Assembly: GCA_965223265.1 (NCBI GenBank)
Contig: OZ244999.1
Span: 5,920,001 to 5,984,000 of the forward strand
Length of the DNA: 64,000 nt
Direction of reading: 5' to 3'
Source of the DNA: Planctomycetota bacterium
Lineage (GTDB): Bacteria; Planctomycetota; UBA8108; SXIK01
How positions within the stretch are numbered: the first letter of the stretch is position 1; each line of letters opens with the position of its first letter. Shown here in pieces: positions 28,334 to 38,307 of the stretch. The notes beneath the pieces were generated by a model. The model saw only the letters and a list, made by a program, of their open reading frames with translations, was not told the DNA's origin and did no database searches. Both the position numbers and the translations under genes were made by a program.

Positions 28334-30901
28334 TCAATGCGTTTCGCGACATCTCTCCACGAAAGCATGGCCGCAGACCTCAGGATCCGCTAGCGGTAGA
28401 AAGTAGAGCCAATCCGCCGCTTCGTAGAGGATCACCTCGCCCACCTCGCGCTCATGCGCGAGTACGGAGCAGATGAGCTCTTCGCGGCGACGACGAACGG
28501 CTTGTCGATCTTGCGCGCGCAGCGTCGCTTGTGCCTCGTGGAAAAAGCTTCGCGGTCCGCGAAACGACGAGCCGCGATTGTCGCGTAGATCTGCCAACGA
28601 ATGCTGCAGGTAGAGCGCGAACGGCTCAGCGTCGGGGAGCCCGCGCACGCCGAAGAGGACAGGCTCGGCGGCGAGGCCGTGGAGATCCACCATCGCCATA
28701 CCCTCGCCGATGCTGCGGATGTGATTGATCGTTGACCAAACGCCGCCATAGTTGCGGCCGTAGGGTGTGCCATCGCTCCGCTTCATCGTCTCAAGACCGT
28801 CCTGCACAGCGCGCGCCGCTTCTTCGCGCATGGGTAGGACGACGCGCGTGCGCACTCCTGGAAACGCGGCCTTGAGGTCTTCGAGAAAACTTCGCACACC
28901 ACGAGCCACTTCACGGTTGCGGACGTAGCGCCAGCGAAACGGTGACGCGTCGGACTGACAGCGCTCGTCCCACTCACCGCGCTGCCACGTGGTGACGTTC
29001 TCGACACGTTCGCGATCGGCAGCCAATTCCCGCAAGACAGGATCGTCCGCGGCAGCAAGCGGTGCGTACGCACGGTCGATTCCTAGGTGAGCATAGCGCT
29101 CTCGTCGTATTCGGTACTGGTGGAGTGGCTGGATGCCTTGCGCGCCGTCCGCCTGATACGCCGCCAGCTGTACGTGCGAGCGCGTGTTGATAAAAAGTTC
29201 GTCAAATGCTCCCAGCGACAGAAGCGTCGCGAGCTCCTTGACGGCGTTCGCTCGCATGGCAGGACGGTTGAGGTCCATCATCTCGACGGACCACGGGGCG
29301 CCGAGATCGATCACCAGCTCATGCCCGCGCAGCGGCAAATGCTCCGGGCCGCTGCGCAGGAGAGCGTAGCAAGCTTCGGTAGCGTAGAACTCGGTGTGCG
29401 TTCCACCATCGAGCGGGATGCCCGCGACACGCGTACGACCGTCCGGGTCGAGTGAGGCGTCCAATGCCCAGAAAACGTTCTCGCGGCCGAGGCGATTTCC
29501 TGCCTGCGACCAGAGACGTATCGGCTCAAGGGCCCGCAACTCGAGCGCGTCATCAGCTGCCGACGGGTTCGAAAGGATGAGGAACCGCGCGTCGAAAGGC
29601 ACCTTCAACCCAGTGATGCGGACGCGACCTTCGTCGTGCTCGATGTCGTAGCCCGACAACACTCGCTGCTGCGCTTGCACCTGTGCTCGCAGCTCACGAA
29701 ATGGGCGCAAACGAAAGTCTCCAGTCCTCTGTCGCTCTAGTACGAACGAGTCCTCGTTCAGCGGCGCGTGGCGGACGGCCACGATGCGCAGGTTGTCGCG
29801 ACGCTCTCTGAAACGCGCGACGAAGCGAGCCGCATCGACGACGCCGACGCATTCGATCGTCCCGAGTCGCCCCTTCGCCTCCACTCCCGCCCGCAGCTTG
29901 TTCATCTCGCGAAGAATGGTACGGTAGTGTGCGAAGCACGTCTCCTCGGGGCGATAGTTCACAGGCGGTGTCGCCAACGGCAAAAACCCCCAAAGAAACT
30001 TACCGTCGTGATCGAACGCCGGGATCTCGTAGTACTTCGTCAGCGCGGTCTCGAACGGACGAAAACTCGCGGTCAAGCGAATGCCGTGCTCGCGTGCACT
30101 CGCCGCCAACATCGCACCGAAGTCTCGCTGCAGACGGATGGCGCAGAGCTGGCGGATCCATCCCCACGGCACGTGCAGCCCCCACTCACCGGCTGCGGCG
30201 CCGCGCTTTCTTCGCGCGATGAGGTCTTCGAGCAGATCGCTCTCAACAATCGCTTCTGCCTGCGCCGCGTAGCGCCCCCATTCCTCAGTGCTGTAGCTTT
30301 TCGGGTCGCAGGCGTAGGGAAACGGACTCAGCCACACGATGAGCCGAGTGACGCCGTGCGCCTGGCAGCGGCGGAAATACTGATCGAAGCCACTCTTCGT
30401 GATCGGGCGCCACCTCCCATCGCGGCTGTCCATAAAGATGCGGATGAGGTCGTCGCCAAAGTCGGCAACGTACGAAATCGGCCGCACCGGTGGCGCCGCT
30501 CGCACACTTAACTCCTGCCTCTCGACGCCGCCGTCTGGCAGGGTCAGGGAAACCTCGAGGGTGAACGAAGAAACGGAACGGCTCGCCTCGGCAGCGATCG
30601 AAAGCTTCTGATCGGACCCGACGCCGACCGACAGCCCAGAGAACGCAAGTTCCGCACCCGCCGCCAGTGTTTCACCGTCGCGACGCGCAACGAAGCGAAA
30701 GCGAGCGCCGGGCGGCAGCTCACGCTCCAGGAACGGCCAACTGCGTTCGCCGCCCGCCAGGTAACAAAACGGCGCCTCACTGTTTCGCACCGAGAGATAC
30801 GTGGATTCAGCGCGCGCACCAGTCGTGAGAGCGAGGCAAAGGAGGACGCTGCAGGCTCTCAGCTCGTGGGATCGGCGAACAGCTCTCGCTATCGGGATCA
30901 T
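28334..30901 (-). CDS. Large secreted hypothetical protein (possible TIM-barrel glycoside hydrolase-like)
   Basis: 855 aa ORF with a signal peptide ending ARA. Alternating alpha/beta segments; no family motif recognised. Confidence 0.65.
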   Translation of the reverse strand: MIPIARAVRRSHELRACSVLLCLALTTGARAESTYLSVRNSEAPFCYLAGGERSWPFLERELPPGARFRFVARRDGETLAAGAELAFSGLSVGVGSDQKLSIAAEASRSVSSFTLEVSLTLPDGGVERQELSVRAAPPVRPISYVADFGDDLIRIFMDSRDGRWRPITKSGFDQYFRRCQAHGVTRLIVWLSPFPYACDPKSYSTEEWGRYAAQAEAIVESDLLEDLIARRKRGAAAGEWGLHVPWGWIRQLCAIRLQRDFGAMLAASAREHGIRLTASFRPFETALTKYYEIPAFDHDGKFLWGFLPLATPPVNYRPEETCFAHYRTILREMNKLRAGVEAKGRLGTIECVGVVDAARFVARFRERRDNLRIVAVRHAPLNEDSFVLERQRTGDFRLRPFRELRAQVQAQQRVLSGYDIEHDEGRVRITGLKVPFDARFLILSNPSAADDALELRALEPIRLWSQAGNRLGRENVFWALDASLDPDGRTRVAGIPLDGGTHTEFYATEACYALLRSGPEHLPLRGHELVIDLGAPWSVEMMDLNRPAMRANAVKELATLLSLGAFDELFINTRSHVQLAAYQADGAQGIQPLHQYRIRRERYAHLGIDRAYAPLAAADDPVLRELAADRERVENVTTWQRGEWDERCQSDASPFRWRYVRNREVARGVRSFLEDLKAAFPGVRTRVVLPMREEAARAVQDGLETMKRSDGTPYGRNYGGVWSTINHIRSIGEGMAMVDLHGLAAEPVLFGVRGLPDAEPFALYLQHSLADLRDNRGSSFRGPRSFFHEAQATLRAQDRQAVRRRREELICSVLAHEREVGEVILYEAADWLYFLPLADPEVCGHAFVERCRETH

Positions 30902-31133
30902 GCGGGTCTACCTGGTGGGATCATTCGACTGACCCGTTGATCCAAAAGTCCAACGGGCGTTTCGCACAAAGAAACATGGATCGGGGCTCCGGGCGCTTCC
31001 GCCAAGATTGTAGCGGCGGCTACAGGAGGTTCGCGCAACAATAGTGAACCGTGTTTGAAGAACGATCGAAGATCGTCAGTGACTGGTCGGCGGAGATCGC
31101 GGCCATCAACTCTCAGACGATGGAGCGCGAAAA

Positions 31134-32510
31134 GTGGTTCTTAAGACATTGCGTCGTAAAAGGCGAGCCTCAGAGATCTCACGGCTACTGCGACAGCACT
31201 TCGCGCCGGAACCGCTCGACAATCTTACAGTCACGGAGCGAACGTTTCCGTTGCGAGTCCGCGCTGATCTGCAGAAGGCCGTCGAGCAGCTGCTTGCAGA
31301 GAGGAAAAGAGTCGTGCACTTCTGTGGCGTCAGGCCAAGCTTTGCCCATGAGCAACTCGACTTTCAGGGATTGATCACTCCAGGTCACAACCCCACGTTC
31401 TCCGTTCCGCCGCAGTACGAGGAAGTAGACATCGGGGAGCAGCGACCAGTGCGCTGCCTTAGCAGTGGGCTTTGGCTTCTCGAAGACGGCGCGTCGAAGT
31501 TCAGTGCGCTCCTTGCCTACTCGATGCGTTACGGCCACTCGGCAGGTGTGAAAGTCCAGATCGCGACGCTGAACGACACTGAAGGGACCCGCATCACGCA
31601 GGAGTTCTTCGAGCGGTTGGAGAATCTCGTTCTCAAGTCGGAGTCGTACCGCGGAAAAACTCTCTCACTCGAGGCCGCCGAGCACTACTCGGGTGTCTCC
31701 ACAGGTCTCTTGGTGCATCGTCTGCGCGAAGTCGACCGCAACGATGTCATCCTGCCCAGGAAGACGTTGGACCTGCTGGATCGCAACGTCATCGAATTCA
31801 CGCGCCAGCGACGACGGCTCGCCGAATACGGCCTCGCGACGAAGAAAGGGCTCCTGTTCTACGGTCCCCCTGGGACCGGGAAGACCCACACGATCCACTA
31901 TCTCGCGAAAGCTCTCGAAGGACACACAACGTTTCTGATTTCCGCTGAGCAGGTCGGCCAACTTGGCGAGTACATGACACTCGCACGGCTTCTTCAGCCG
32001 AGCTTAGTGGTCCTCGAGGACGTCGACCTGATCGCGAAGGACCGCGAATGGCGGGACAACGTCTGTAGCGAGGCACTCCTCAACAAACTGCTCAACGAGA
32101 TGGATGGTCTCAGGCCGGACGCTGACGTCCTGTTCATCTTGACGACCAACAGGCCCGAATCCCTCGAAGCCGCCTTGGCGTCGAGGCCAGGACGCGTCGA
32201 TCAAGCTATTGAGTTCCCTCTGCCCGACGACGAGGGACGAGCAAAACTGATTCGCCTCTATTCTCGTGGTCTCCCCCTCTCGGAAGAGCTCCTCGAGTCC
32301 ACAGTGAAGAAGACGGAGAGCGTCAGCGCTTCCTTCATCAAAGAGCTGATGCGCCGTGCGGCCCAGTTTTTGATCGAACGCAACGCTGACCCCCCGGAAG
32401 TCACCCCAGAAGACATCGAGAGTGCTCTGGAAGAACTCTTGGTCACCGGTGGATCGCTGAATCGAAAGCTCCTCGGCGCAGGGGCGAAAGACGACGGCGG
32501 ATCGGGTTGA
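31134..32510 (+). CDS. AAA+ ATPase
   Basis: Walker A GPPGTGKT, Walker B VVLEDVD, LLNEMDG, TTNRPE and RPGRVD second region of homology. Confidence 0.9.
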   Translation: MVLKTLRRKRRASEISRLLRQHFAPEPLDNLTVTERTFPLRVRADLQKAVEQLLAERKRVVHFCGVRPSFAHEQLDFQGLITPGHNPTFSVPPQYEEVDIGEQRPVRCLSSGLWLLEDGASKFSALLAYSMRYGHSAGVKVQIATLNDTEGTRITQEFFERLENLVLKSESYRGKTLSLEAAEHYSGVSTGLLVHRLREVDRNDVILPRKTLDLLDRNVIEFTRQRRRLAEYGLATKKGLLFYGPPGTGKTHTIHYLAKALEGHTTFLISAEQVGQLGEYMTLARLLQPSLVVLEDVDLIAKDREWRDNVCSEALLNKLLNEMDGLRPDADVLFILTTNRPESLEAALASRPGRVDQAIEFPLPDDEGRAKLIRLYSRGLPLSEELLESTVKKTESVSASFIKELMRRAAQFLIERNADPPEVTPEDIESALEELLVTGGSLNRKLLGAGAKDDGGSG

Positions 32511-32843
32511 AATTCAACATCGAAGGGCTCGATTGGCAGGCTCTCGGAGTGTACCTATTGTTTTCTCTTCGCTAGCCTCGAGTTTGGCCATTTCGCGCCG
32601 GCCTGGCCGGACGAGTTTCGCGGGGGTTCCGAGGCCCTTTCGACTTTTTCGTACCCTGAGAACCCTTGTGCCCATTCAAAAACTCCTGTCCGGCCCTTCG
32701 GGGAACGCCAGGAGCGCCGATGCCTGCGTCACTCCTCCGCCACGACCCGAGCGGGATCGCGCCCGAGTCGTTCCTTGGCCTCGACGCTCCTGGCGCTGGC
32801 AGGCTCGACGCGAAATGGCCAAACTCGAGCTAGCGCTCAGCCT

Positions 32844-33086
32844 TCAACTGATGATCAATAGAGCCACGTAAGGCACGACATTGAACATCAGAAAGAAGAT
32901 CTTGAAGAGGCCGAGAAACGAGTACATGACGACGTTGAAGGCGTCTCTCGAGAGAGGAAACCACTTGCTCTGGATGCGGTAGACGAGATCGGGTGCGAGC
33001 GCGAACGCCGTGATCCAGAGAACGAACATCGCCGCGTGAAGGATCGTGCACCACATAAAGAATCGAGTCAGCGTGTCAAGGTCCAT
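32844..33086 (-). CDS. Small membrane protein (DUF6868-like)
   Basis: MDLDTLTRFFMWCTI...KWF.LS...F....Y.FLG..KI....FN.VPY.AL. AAAGGAG RBS. Confidence 0.7.
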   Translation of the reverse strand: MDLDTLTRFFMWCTILHAAMFVLWITAFALAPDLVYRIQSKWFPLSRDAFNVVMYSFLGLFKIFFLMFNVVPYVALLIIS

Positions 33087-33346
33087 ATCGCTCCTTTCCA
33101 AACGGGTTTCTGAGTTCCTTGCTGCGCTACGCTGCACCGATCGGGCCGACCGTCGCCCTCGAGCGGACCAGTAACAGACAGGGCGGTGCGCACATGTCTT
33201 GATGTTGTGTCTCACACGAGGATTCAGCCACCACGAATCCGACTCTTCTCCGACTTATACCCTACACATCGCGTCGTACGGTGGAGGTGGGCCGGATAAC
33301 GCCAGAGGACTCAAGGAGCATCTGAGAACAATCCGATGTTACAGGC

Positions 33347-33928
33347 ATGATCCTTCCTCTCATCGGCTACGCCCTCCTCGCACTCGTTGGCCTCGGAGCG
33401 GTGCTCTGGATCGTGGGGGCTTTCAACGACCTGATCCGTCTTCGTGCCAAGACGCACCAAGAGTTCGCCAATATCGATGTAGTTCTCCGCCAGCGACACG
33501 ATGAGATTCCATCGCTCGTTGCCGTGTGCAAGGGATACATACAGCATGAAGCGGCCGTGCTTGAAAAAGTGACCGCGCTTCGAAGCGATTATCAACGCTC
33601 CGATGACATCAACGCGAAAGTACTCTTGGAAAACGAACTTCATCTGGCTCTCTTCGGGCTTGTCGGCATCGTCGAGAACTATCCAGACCTGAAGGCGAAC
33701 GAACAGTTCCTGCGACTTCAAAAGAGACTGACAGAACTCGAGACCACGATCGCTGATCGCCGCGAGCTCTACAATCAAGCCGTGACCTACTACAACACAG
33801 CAATCGAGCAGTTCCCGCAGCTGGTTCTCGCCTGGCTCTTCCGCTTTCGGCCGCTCGAGCTCTTTGCACTTGAGAGCCTGATTGAAGGTGAGGCAACGCA
33901 ACTCAACTTCGCAGGGTCACGGTCGTAA
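33347..33928 (+). CDS. lemA: LemA family protein
   Basis: N-terminal TM, NIDV.L.QRHD.IP.LV, E.YPDLKAN..FL.LQ, I..RRE.YN..V..YN..I.QFP. Confidence 0.9.
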   Translation: MILPLIGYALLALVGLGAVLWIVGAFNDLIRLRAKTHQEFANIDVVLRQRHDEIPSLVAVCKGYIQHEAAVLEKVTALRSDYQRSDDINAKVLLENELHLALFGLVGIVENYPDLKANEQFLRLQKRLTELETTIADRRELYNQAVTYYNTAIEQFPQLVLAWLFRFRPLELFALESLIEGEATQLNFAGSRS

Positions 33929-33936
33929 GGGGCACG

Positions 33937-36429
33937 ATGGCCAGACAGCGGGCAAGGTCGACGAGTTCAAACGCGCGGGCAGACAAGCGCGCTCAGTCGC
34001 CGCGAGCGCGACGCCATCCTTGGCGGCGCTTCCTGATCGCGCTGATTGCCACATCTACCATAGCGTTCGGCGCGCTCACTTTGTTCTTTCTGTCGACCGA
34101 TTGCTGGAACTCGCGTCGGTCTCTTCCGCTCGCAATCGACGATTTCTTTTTCGCGCTGCGAACGCTCGCCGCCGAGCAGTTCCGCGGGAATGTACCACCA
34201 TTCTCAGATGAGAACTATGACACCGTGATGAGTCACCTCGAGGACGAAGTCGACAGCTCCGTCCGTTCAGCGGCGCGCTGGCACTTGCAAGAGTGGGGAG
34301 CGCACGCAGCTCCTCGCCTCGTCCAGGAACTTTCCGGCCATGCTGGACGGTCGCGCCGCCTCGCGGCCATCGAAATTCTCGGGGCACACCGAGTTCGCGC
34401 GGCGATCCCGCCTGTCATCGAGAGACTGCGTAGCACGACGAGCTCTCTCGAGCGCGAAAGGATCTTAGATTTTCTCGACACACTCCGGGCACCAAGCGCG
34501 TTGCCCGCACTTGTCGAGCTCGCCGAGTCGATTCCGCACGATGACCGCGACTACGCTCGAGCCCTGGAGTCGATCGCGCACACCAGCGTTGGATCCGACT
34601 ATTTGCTCAGTCTCGTCAAATCGACACCTCTACCTCGCCCCGAGGTATTCTCCGCTTTGATCCTCAGCGGTGATCACCGCGGCGTGGAGTTCGTCGCCAC
34701 CTACCTCGACCATCCGGACTACTGGATTCGGCGAGGAGCCGCGTTTGCACTCTCCAACTCGACCGCGGCGGTTCCCCTTCTTCTCACACACCTTGCGTCG
34801 GAGCGGGACGATTTCCAACGCGAATTGCTGATCGACCCTGGGCTCAACAGTCCCACGGTCGCGAACGTGCGCGTCGCTGCTCAGCGCGTAGGAGCACTCA
34901 CGCAAGATCCGGTCGTGGGTGTCGCCGCCGTCAAGACACTGGCCGCGCACGATACGGCTTGGGCCATCGCCGAGCTTTGGAAGTGCCAAACTTGGCAAGA
35001 CCCATCGGATGTCATCGGCCGCCTAGACGCGGCGACAACGTACGGCCCGTCTCTCCTCGAAGCCCTATTGCGCCACCCACGACCGAATGTCCGCTCGGGT
35101 GCGATCCTATCTCTCGGTGAAATTCACTCGCCGATCTGCACGGCACTGATCCAACGTGCGGCGTATCGTGACCCGGACAAAAAAGTCAGAGCTGTCGCCC
35201 GCCGAGAGTTGCTCACCCAAGACAAGTTCCGCTTGCACGCATCGATGCGTCGATTCCAGGGCCTGCCTGAAAAGCGCTGGGACGACTGGAACCCACCTCT
35301 CGGGGACCTACCACGATTCGTACGCGGCCTGCACTTCATCGCGTGCGCGTTTGCCGCGTTGCTCGCCTGTGCCTTGATCTGCGGATGGGTCAAACCCTTC
35401 GAACCGGATCGATTTCGTTTCTTCGTCGCGTTCTTCCTCGTCGAGGGTCTCTTGGGTAATTTCATCGTCTTCGACGATAGCGTGGCTGCGTTCCGCGTTG
35501 CGGTGGGAATCCACACTCTGCTGCTGACAGGATTCCTCGTCCAAGATCGCGCGTTCGTGCGCCGACGTTTCGAACGACTCGCAGGAGCCAGTCTTTGGGC
35601 GCTGATCCCCTGCACGATGTACTGGGGAACCCCCGTCGTCGCGGACGCACTGCGTACGGCCGCCGGCGAGTTCTCATTCTTTCTTGCGCTCGTTCTGCTC
35701 CTACTGCTCGGCGTAGTTGCTGCGCTGCCGGTGTTCGTCTCTTGGCTTCACATCCCGGTGTGGCTGAAACGCGGGATCGTCTCGGGTGTCCTCAGTGCTT
35801 TCCTGGTCCTTTTCGGGATCGCTCTCACCTACTTTTCGAAGGTGGCGTGGCGACATGGGGCAGAAGCAGACACGGTAATCGCGGCGCTCTTACTCGTGCC
35901 GCTGACGCTCAAGCTTTTCGGTTTGCTCTCCGACGCTCATAGGGACCGCAAAGCGACGACACCAAAAATGCCCTCCAGCTCACAGGGGCGCCTTCGACTC
36001 TTCGACGTTGGCCCGACAACCACGCTGCGTCTGCCGCGAGGCCGCACTTGGAGCGCTGTGATCCTGGTGCTCCTCGGAGCCGCTCTGCTTGTTGGGCTCG
36101 GCTCTACTGTCGCAGAAGGGAGCCTTCGCTCCTGGGGAAGTGGACGGCTTGTGCTCACCTTCGTCTGCGGTGCGGTCGGCGCGCTGCTGGTAACGGCAGG
36201 CGCGTGTGCTCTCTTCTGTCGGCACGTCGTCCAGGTGCGGGACGGACTCGTGCGTCATGGCGTTGCGCTCTACGGCGTCGTCGTCTCGAGAACCTCCTGG
36301 AGACGTTCACCTCCTTACGATCTCGAGTTGACGACTGAAGAGAAACGATTCTTACGCCAACTGATCAGCAACTCGGTGCCCCACACGACGCCCCCGCACC
36401 AAAGAACAGTCGCAGGAACGGTCGTATGA
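33937..36429 (+). CDS. HEAT-repeat protein with multi-TM C-terminal domain
   Basis: N-terminal TM, HEAT/PBS-like repeats (VR..A...LG), then about 10 hydrophobic segments. Confidence 0.7.
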   Translation: MARQRARSTSSNARADKRAQSPRARRHPWRRFLIALIATSTIAFGALTLFFLSTDCWNSRRSLPLAIDDFFFALRTLAAEQFRGNVPPFSDENYDTVMSHLEDEVDSSVRSAARWHLQEWGAHAAPRLVQELSGHAGRSRRLAAIEILGAHRVRAAIPPVIERLRSTTSSLERERILDFLDTLRAPSALPALVELAESIPHDDRDYARALESIAHTSVGSDYLLSLVKSTPLPRPEVFSALILSGDHRGVEFVATYLDHPDYWIRRGAAFALSNSTAAVPLLLTHLASERDDFQRELLIDPGLNSPTVANVRVAAQRVGALTQDPVVGVAAVKTLAAHDTAWAIAELWKCQTWQDPSDVIGRLDAATTYGPSLLEALLRHPRPNVRSGAILSLGEIHSPICTALIQRAAYRDPDKKVRAVARRELLTQDKFRLHASMRRFQGLPEKRWDDWNPPLGDLPRFVRGLHFIACAFAALLACALICGWVKPFEPDRFRFFVAFFLVEGLLGNFIVFDDSVAAFRVAVGIHTLLLTGFLVQDRAFVRRRFERLAGASLWALIPCTMYWGTPVVADALRTAAGEFSFFLALVLLLLLGVVAALPVFVSWLHIPVWLKRGIVSGVLSAFLVLFGIALTYFSKVAWRHGAEADTVIAALLLVPLTLKLFGLLSDAHRDRKATTPKMPSSSQGRLRLFDVGPTTTLRLPRGRTWSAVILVLLGAALLVGLGSTVAEGSLRSWGSGRLVLTFVCGAVGALLVTAGACALFCRHVVQVRDGLVRHGVALYGVVVSRTSWRRSPPYDLELTTEEKRFLRQLISNSVPHTTPPHQRTVAGTVV

Positions 36430-38258
36430 AGCTCACTTCGTCACTTCTTGTCGTGCTGATCCTTACGGGGGGCGCCGCCGCCAGAGCAGAGAACCCGCAG
36501 CCCGGAAACTGGGTCCGGATCCTGGAGAAGGGACCTCGCCAGGAATGGAGCGCCGCGATTGACTCTTTGCTGGCACTCAAGAAACTGCCGCCCCAGGCTG
36601 TCTCGACACTGGTGAGACGACTCGACGTGATGGATGTGGACGACCGCCGCCGGTTCGCCAAAGCACTGAACTGGAAAGTCCTCCGTCCAGAGACGCTGGA
36701 GGCCGCGATTCGTCTGCTGTCGGAGTCGGAGCCGGATACGAAGACGTCGAAGTACGCGCGAAGAGCGATTGCAAGCTGCGATCGAGAATTCGCCACGGAG
36801 ATCCTCATCAGCAACCTCTCAGGGTCCCAACCCCATCCACGCCTGGACTGGCTCGCACTTCTGCTCGCCGATCGCTGGCGCGAAGAGGAGGCAATGAGGC
36901 GACAAGTGGATTCCATTGACGCCGTAACAGTTCTCGACGACGTCGCAAAAGGATGTCGATTTCCCGTCTTCGATGTACTGTCGCCTCTTCTTTCGCACTC
37001 CGAGGCCAAAGTGCGTGAGGCCGCAGTGCGCTCTCTTTGGTACGTCGGGGACGTACGCGTTCACGACGCCGTCAAACCGCTGAGCAACGAAGCCGACCCA
37101 CTCGTCCGCCTCCCGGCGCTGCGCCTGTTGGCATCGCGCGGCGACCTTGAGGCTCTGGCGCCACTCCTCAAATGGGCCGACACCGAAGCGCCCGTTACGC
37201 GGCGCTGGCACCGCAACCGCCGGTTCGAGAGGGTCGGCTACGCCTTTGCTCACACCCACTTCGCCGAGCTTCTCGAGCTCTACCGAAGGGCAGCGAGCGA
37301 GTCGCAGAGGCTCGACTACGTCGCGCTCGTTGAGGGTGGGGTCAGCGCCAACATTTTGAGCAACGAAGCGACCCTCGCGGTCATGGAACGTTACACGTCA
37401 GATCCGGATGAATTCATCTCGAGCACCGCGAAGCGAATCCTTAGATGGAAAGATCGACGGAGCGCCCCGTCAGCGTCGGACGGTCTCAGCACATCACTCC
37501 TCGTCTGTGTGGCTCTTGCAGCTGCGCTTGTCGGCTTCGTCCTCTTCCATTGGGCGTTTCGCCTCCTTGGACTGCGGCGACTCTTTCGTAGCGCAACACC
37601 GACGCCGATTCGTTCACTCGCCCTGGGGCACGTCACGATCGAGGGAAAAGTCCGCGCGCGGGGCCCTCGCTTGACCCATCCCTACACCGGGGAGGCGTGC
37701 GTCTACTACCCTGGAGCCGACCGTCACCACCGGGCCGTCGAGTTCGCCGTCGAAGATGGCACTGGCGAGGTGATCGTCGACGCTCGGCAGCTCGTCACAC
37801 TCTCGGAGGATGGCATCGTCGAAGAAGGGGAAAGGGTCTTCCTCGTCGGCACTGCTCGGCGAAAAGGTCAGAGCATCGAGATCGCGAAAGACGAATCCCC
37901 ACGACCGATCTACGCCCGCTGCGTCCACTTCGTCGTTCGACACGTTCTCGGTCACGCTGCCAAAAGCGGTAGCGCTCGTCTTCTCTTCTCGGATCCGAGC
38001 CGCTGCTTCTGCGTTTGGGATGACCTTCACAACAGGCCGTTCGCCTGCTGGCGAGAAAGCGCCATAACGTTCGGATCGATCGCGCTGATCGGTGCGTGGG
38101 TCTGTGTGTTCGCGATAGCGGGGCTGGCGATCGTCGACCAGGAGCTGTCCGCGAAGCTTCGCACGTCGCTCCATGGTTTGTGGGAAACAACCGCGCACGC
38201 GGCGGCGACCGAAGACGTCAACACGCGGGGCGATTCTCGGCCAGATCCTGACGTGTAG
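36426..38258 (+). CDS. HEAT-repeat membrane protein with GIDE-like domain
   Basis: Signal peptide, HEAT repeats, TM, then TPTPIRSLALGHVTIEGKV..P.TG..CVYY..F.VEDGTG...VD..GE.VF..G and a final TM. ATGA-coupled to the upstream gene. Confidence 0.65.
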   Translation: MKLTSSLLVVLILTGGAAARAENPQPGNWVRILEKGPRQEWSAAIDSLLALKKLPPQAVSTLVRRLDVMDVDDRRRFAKALNWKVLRPETLEAAIRLLSESEPDTKTSKYARRAIASCDREFATEILISNLSGSQPHPRLDWLALLLADRWREEEAMRRQVDSIDAVTVLDDVAKGCRFPVFDVLSPLLSHSEAKVREAAVRSLWYVGDVRVHDAVKPLSNEADPLVRLPALRLLASRGDLEALAPLLKWADTEAPVTRRWHRNRRFERVGYAFAHTHFAELLELYRRAASESQRLDYVALVEGGVSANILSNEATLAVMERYTSDPDEFISSTAKRILRWKDRRSAPSASDGLSTSLLVCVALAAALVGFVLFHWAFRLLGLRRLFRSATPTPIRSLALGHVTIEGKVRARGPRLTHPYTGEACVYYPGADRHHRAVEFAVEDGTGEVIVDARQLVTLSEDGIVEEGERVFLVGTARRKGQSIEIAKDESPRPIYARCVHFVVRHVLGHAAKSGSARLLFSDPSRCFCVWDDLHNRPFACWRESAITFGSIALIGAWVCVFAIAGLAIVDQELSAKLRTSLHGLWETTAHAAATEDVNTRGDSRPDPDV

Positions 38259-38307
38259 CACGCGTCTGCGCAAAGAACAGAGGGCCTCGACGCCGCCGTC
38301 GAAGCAC

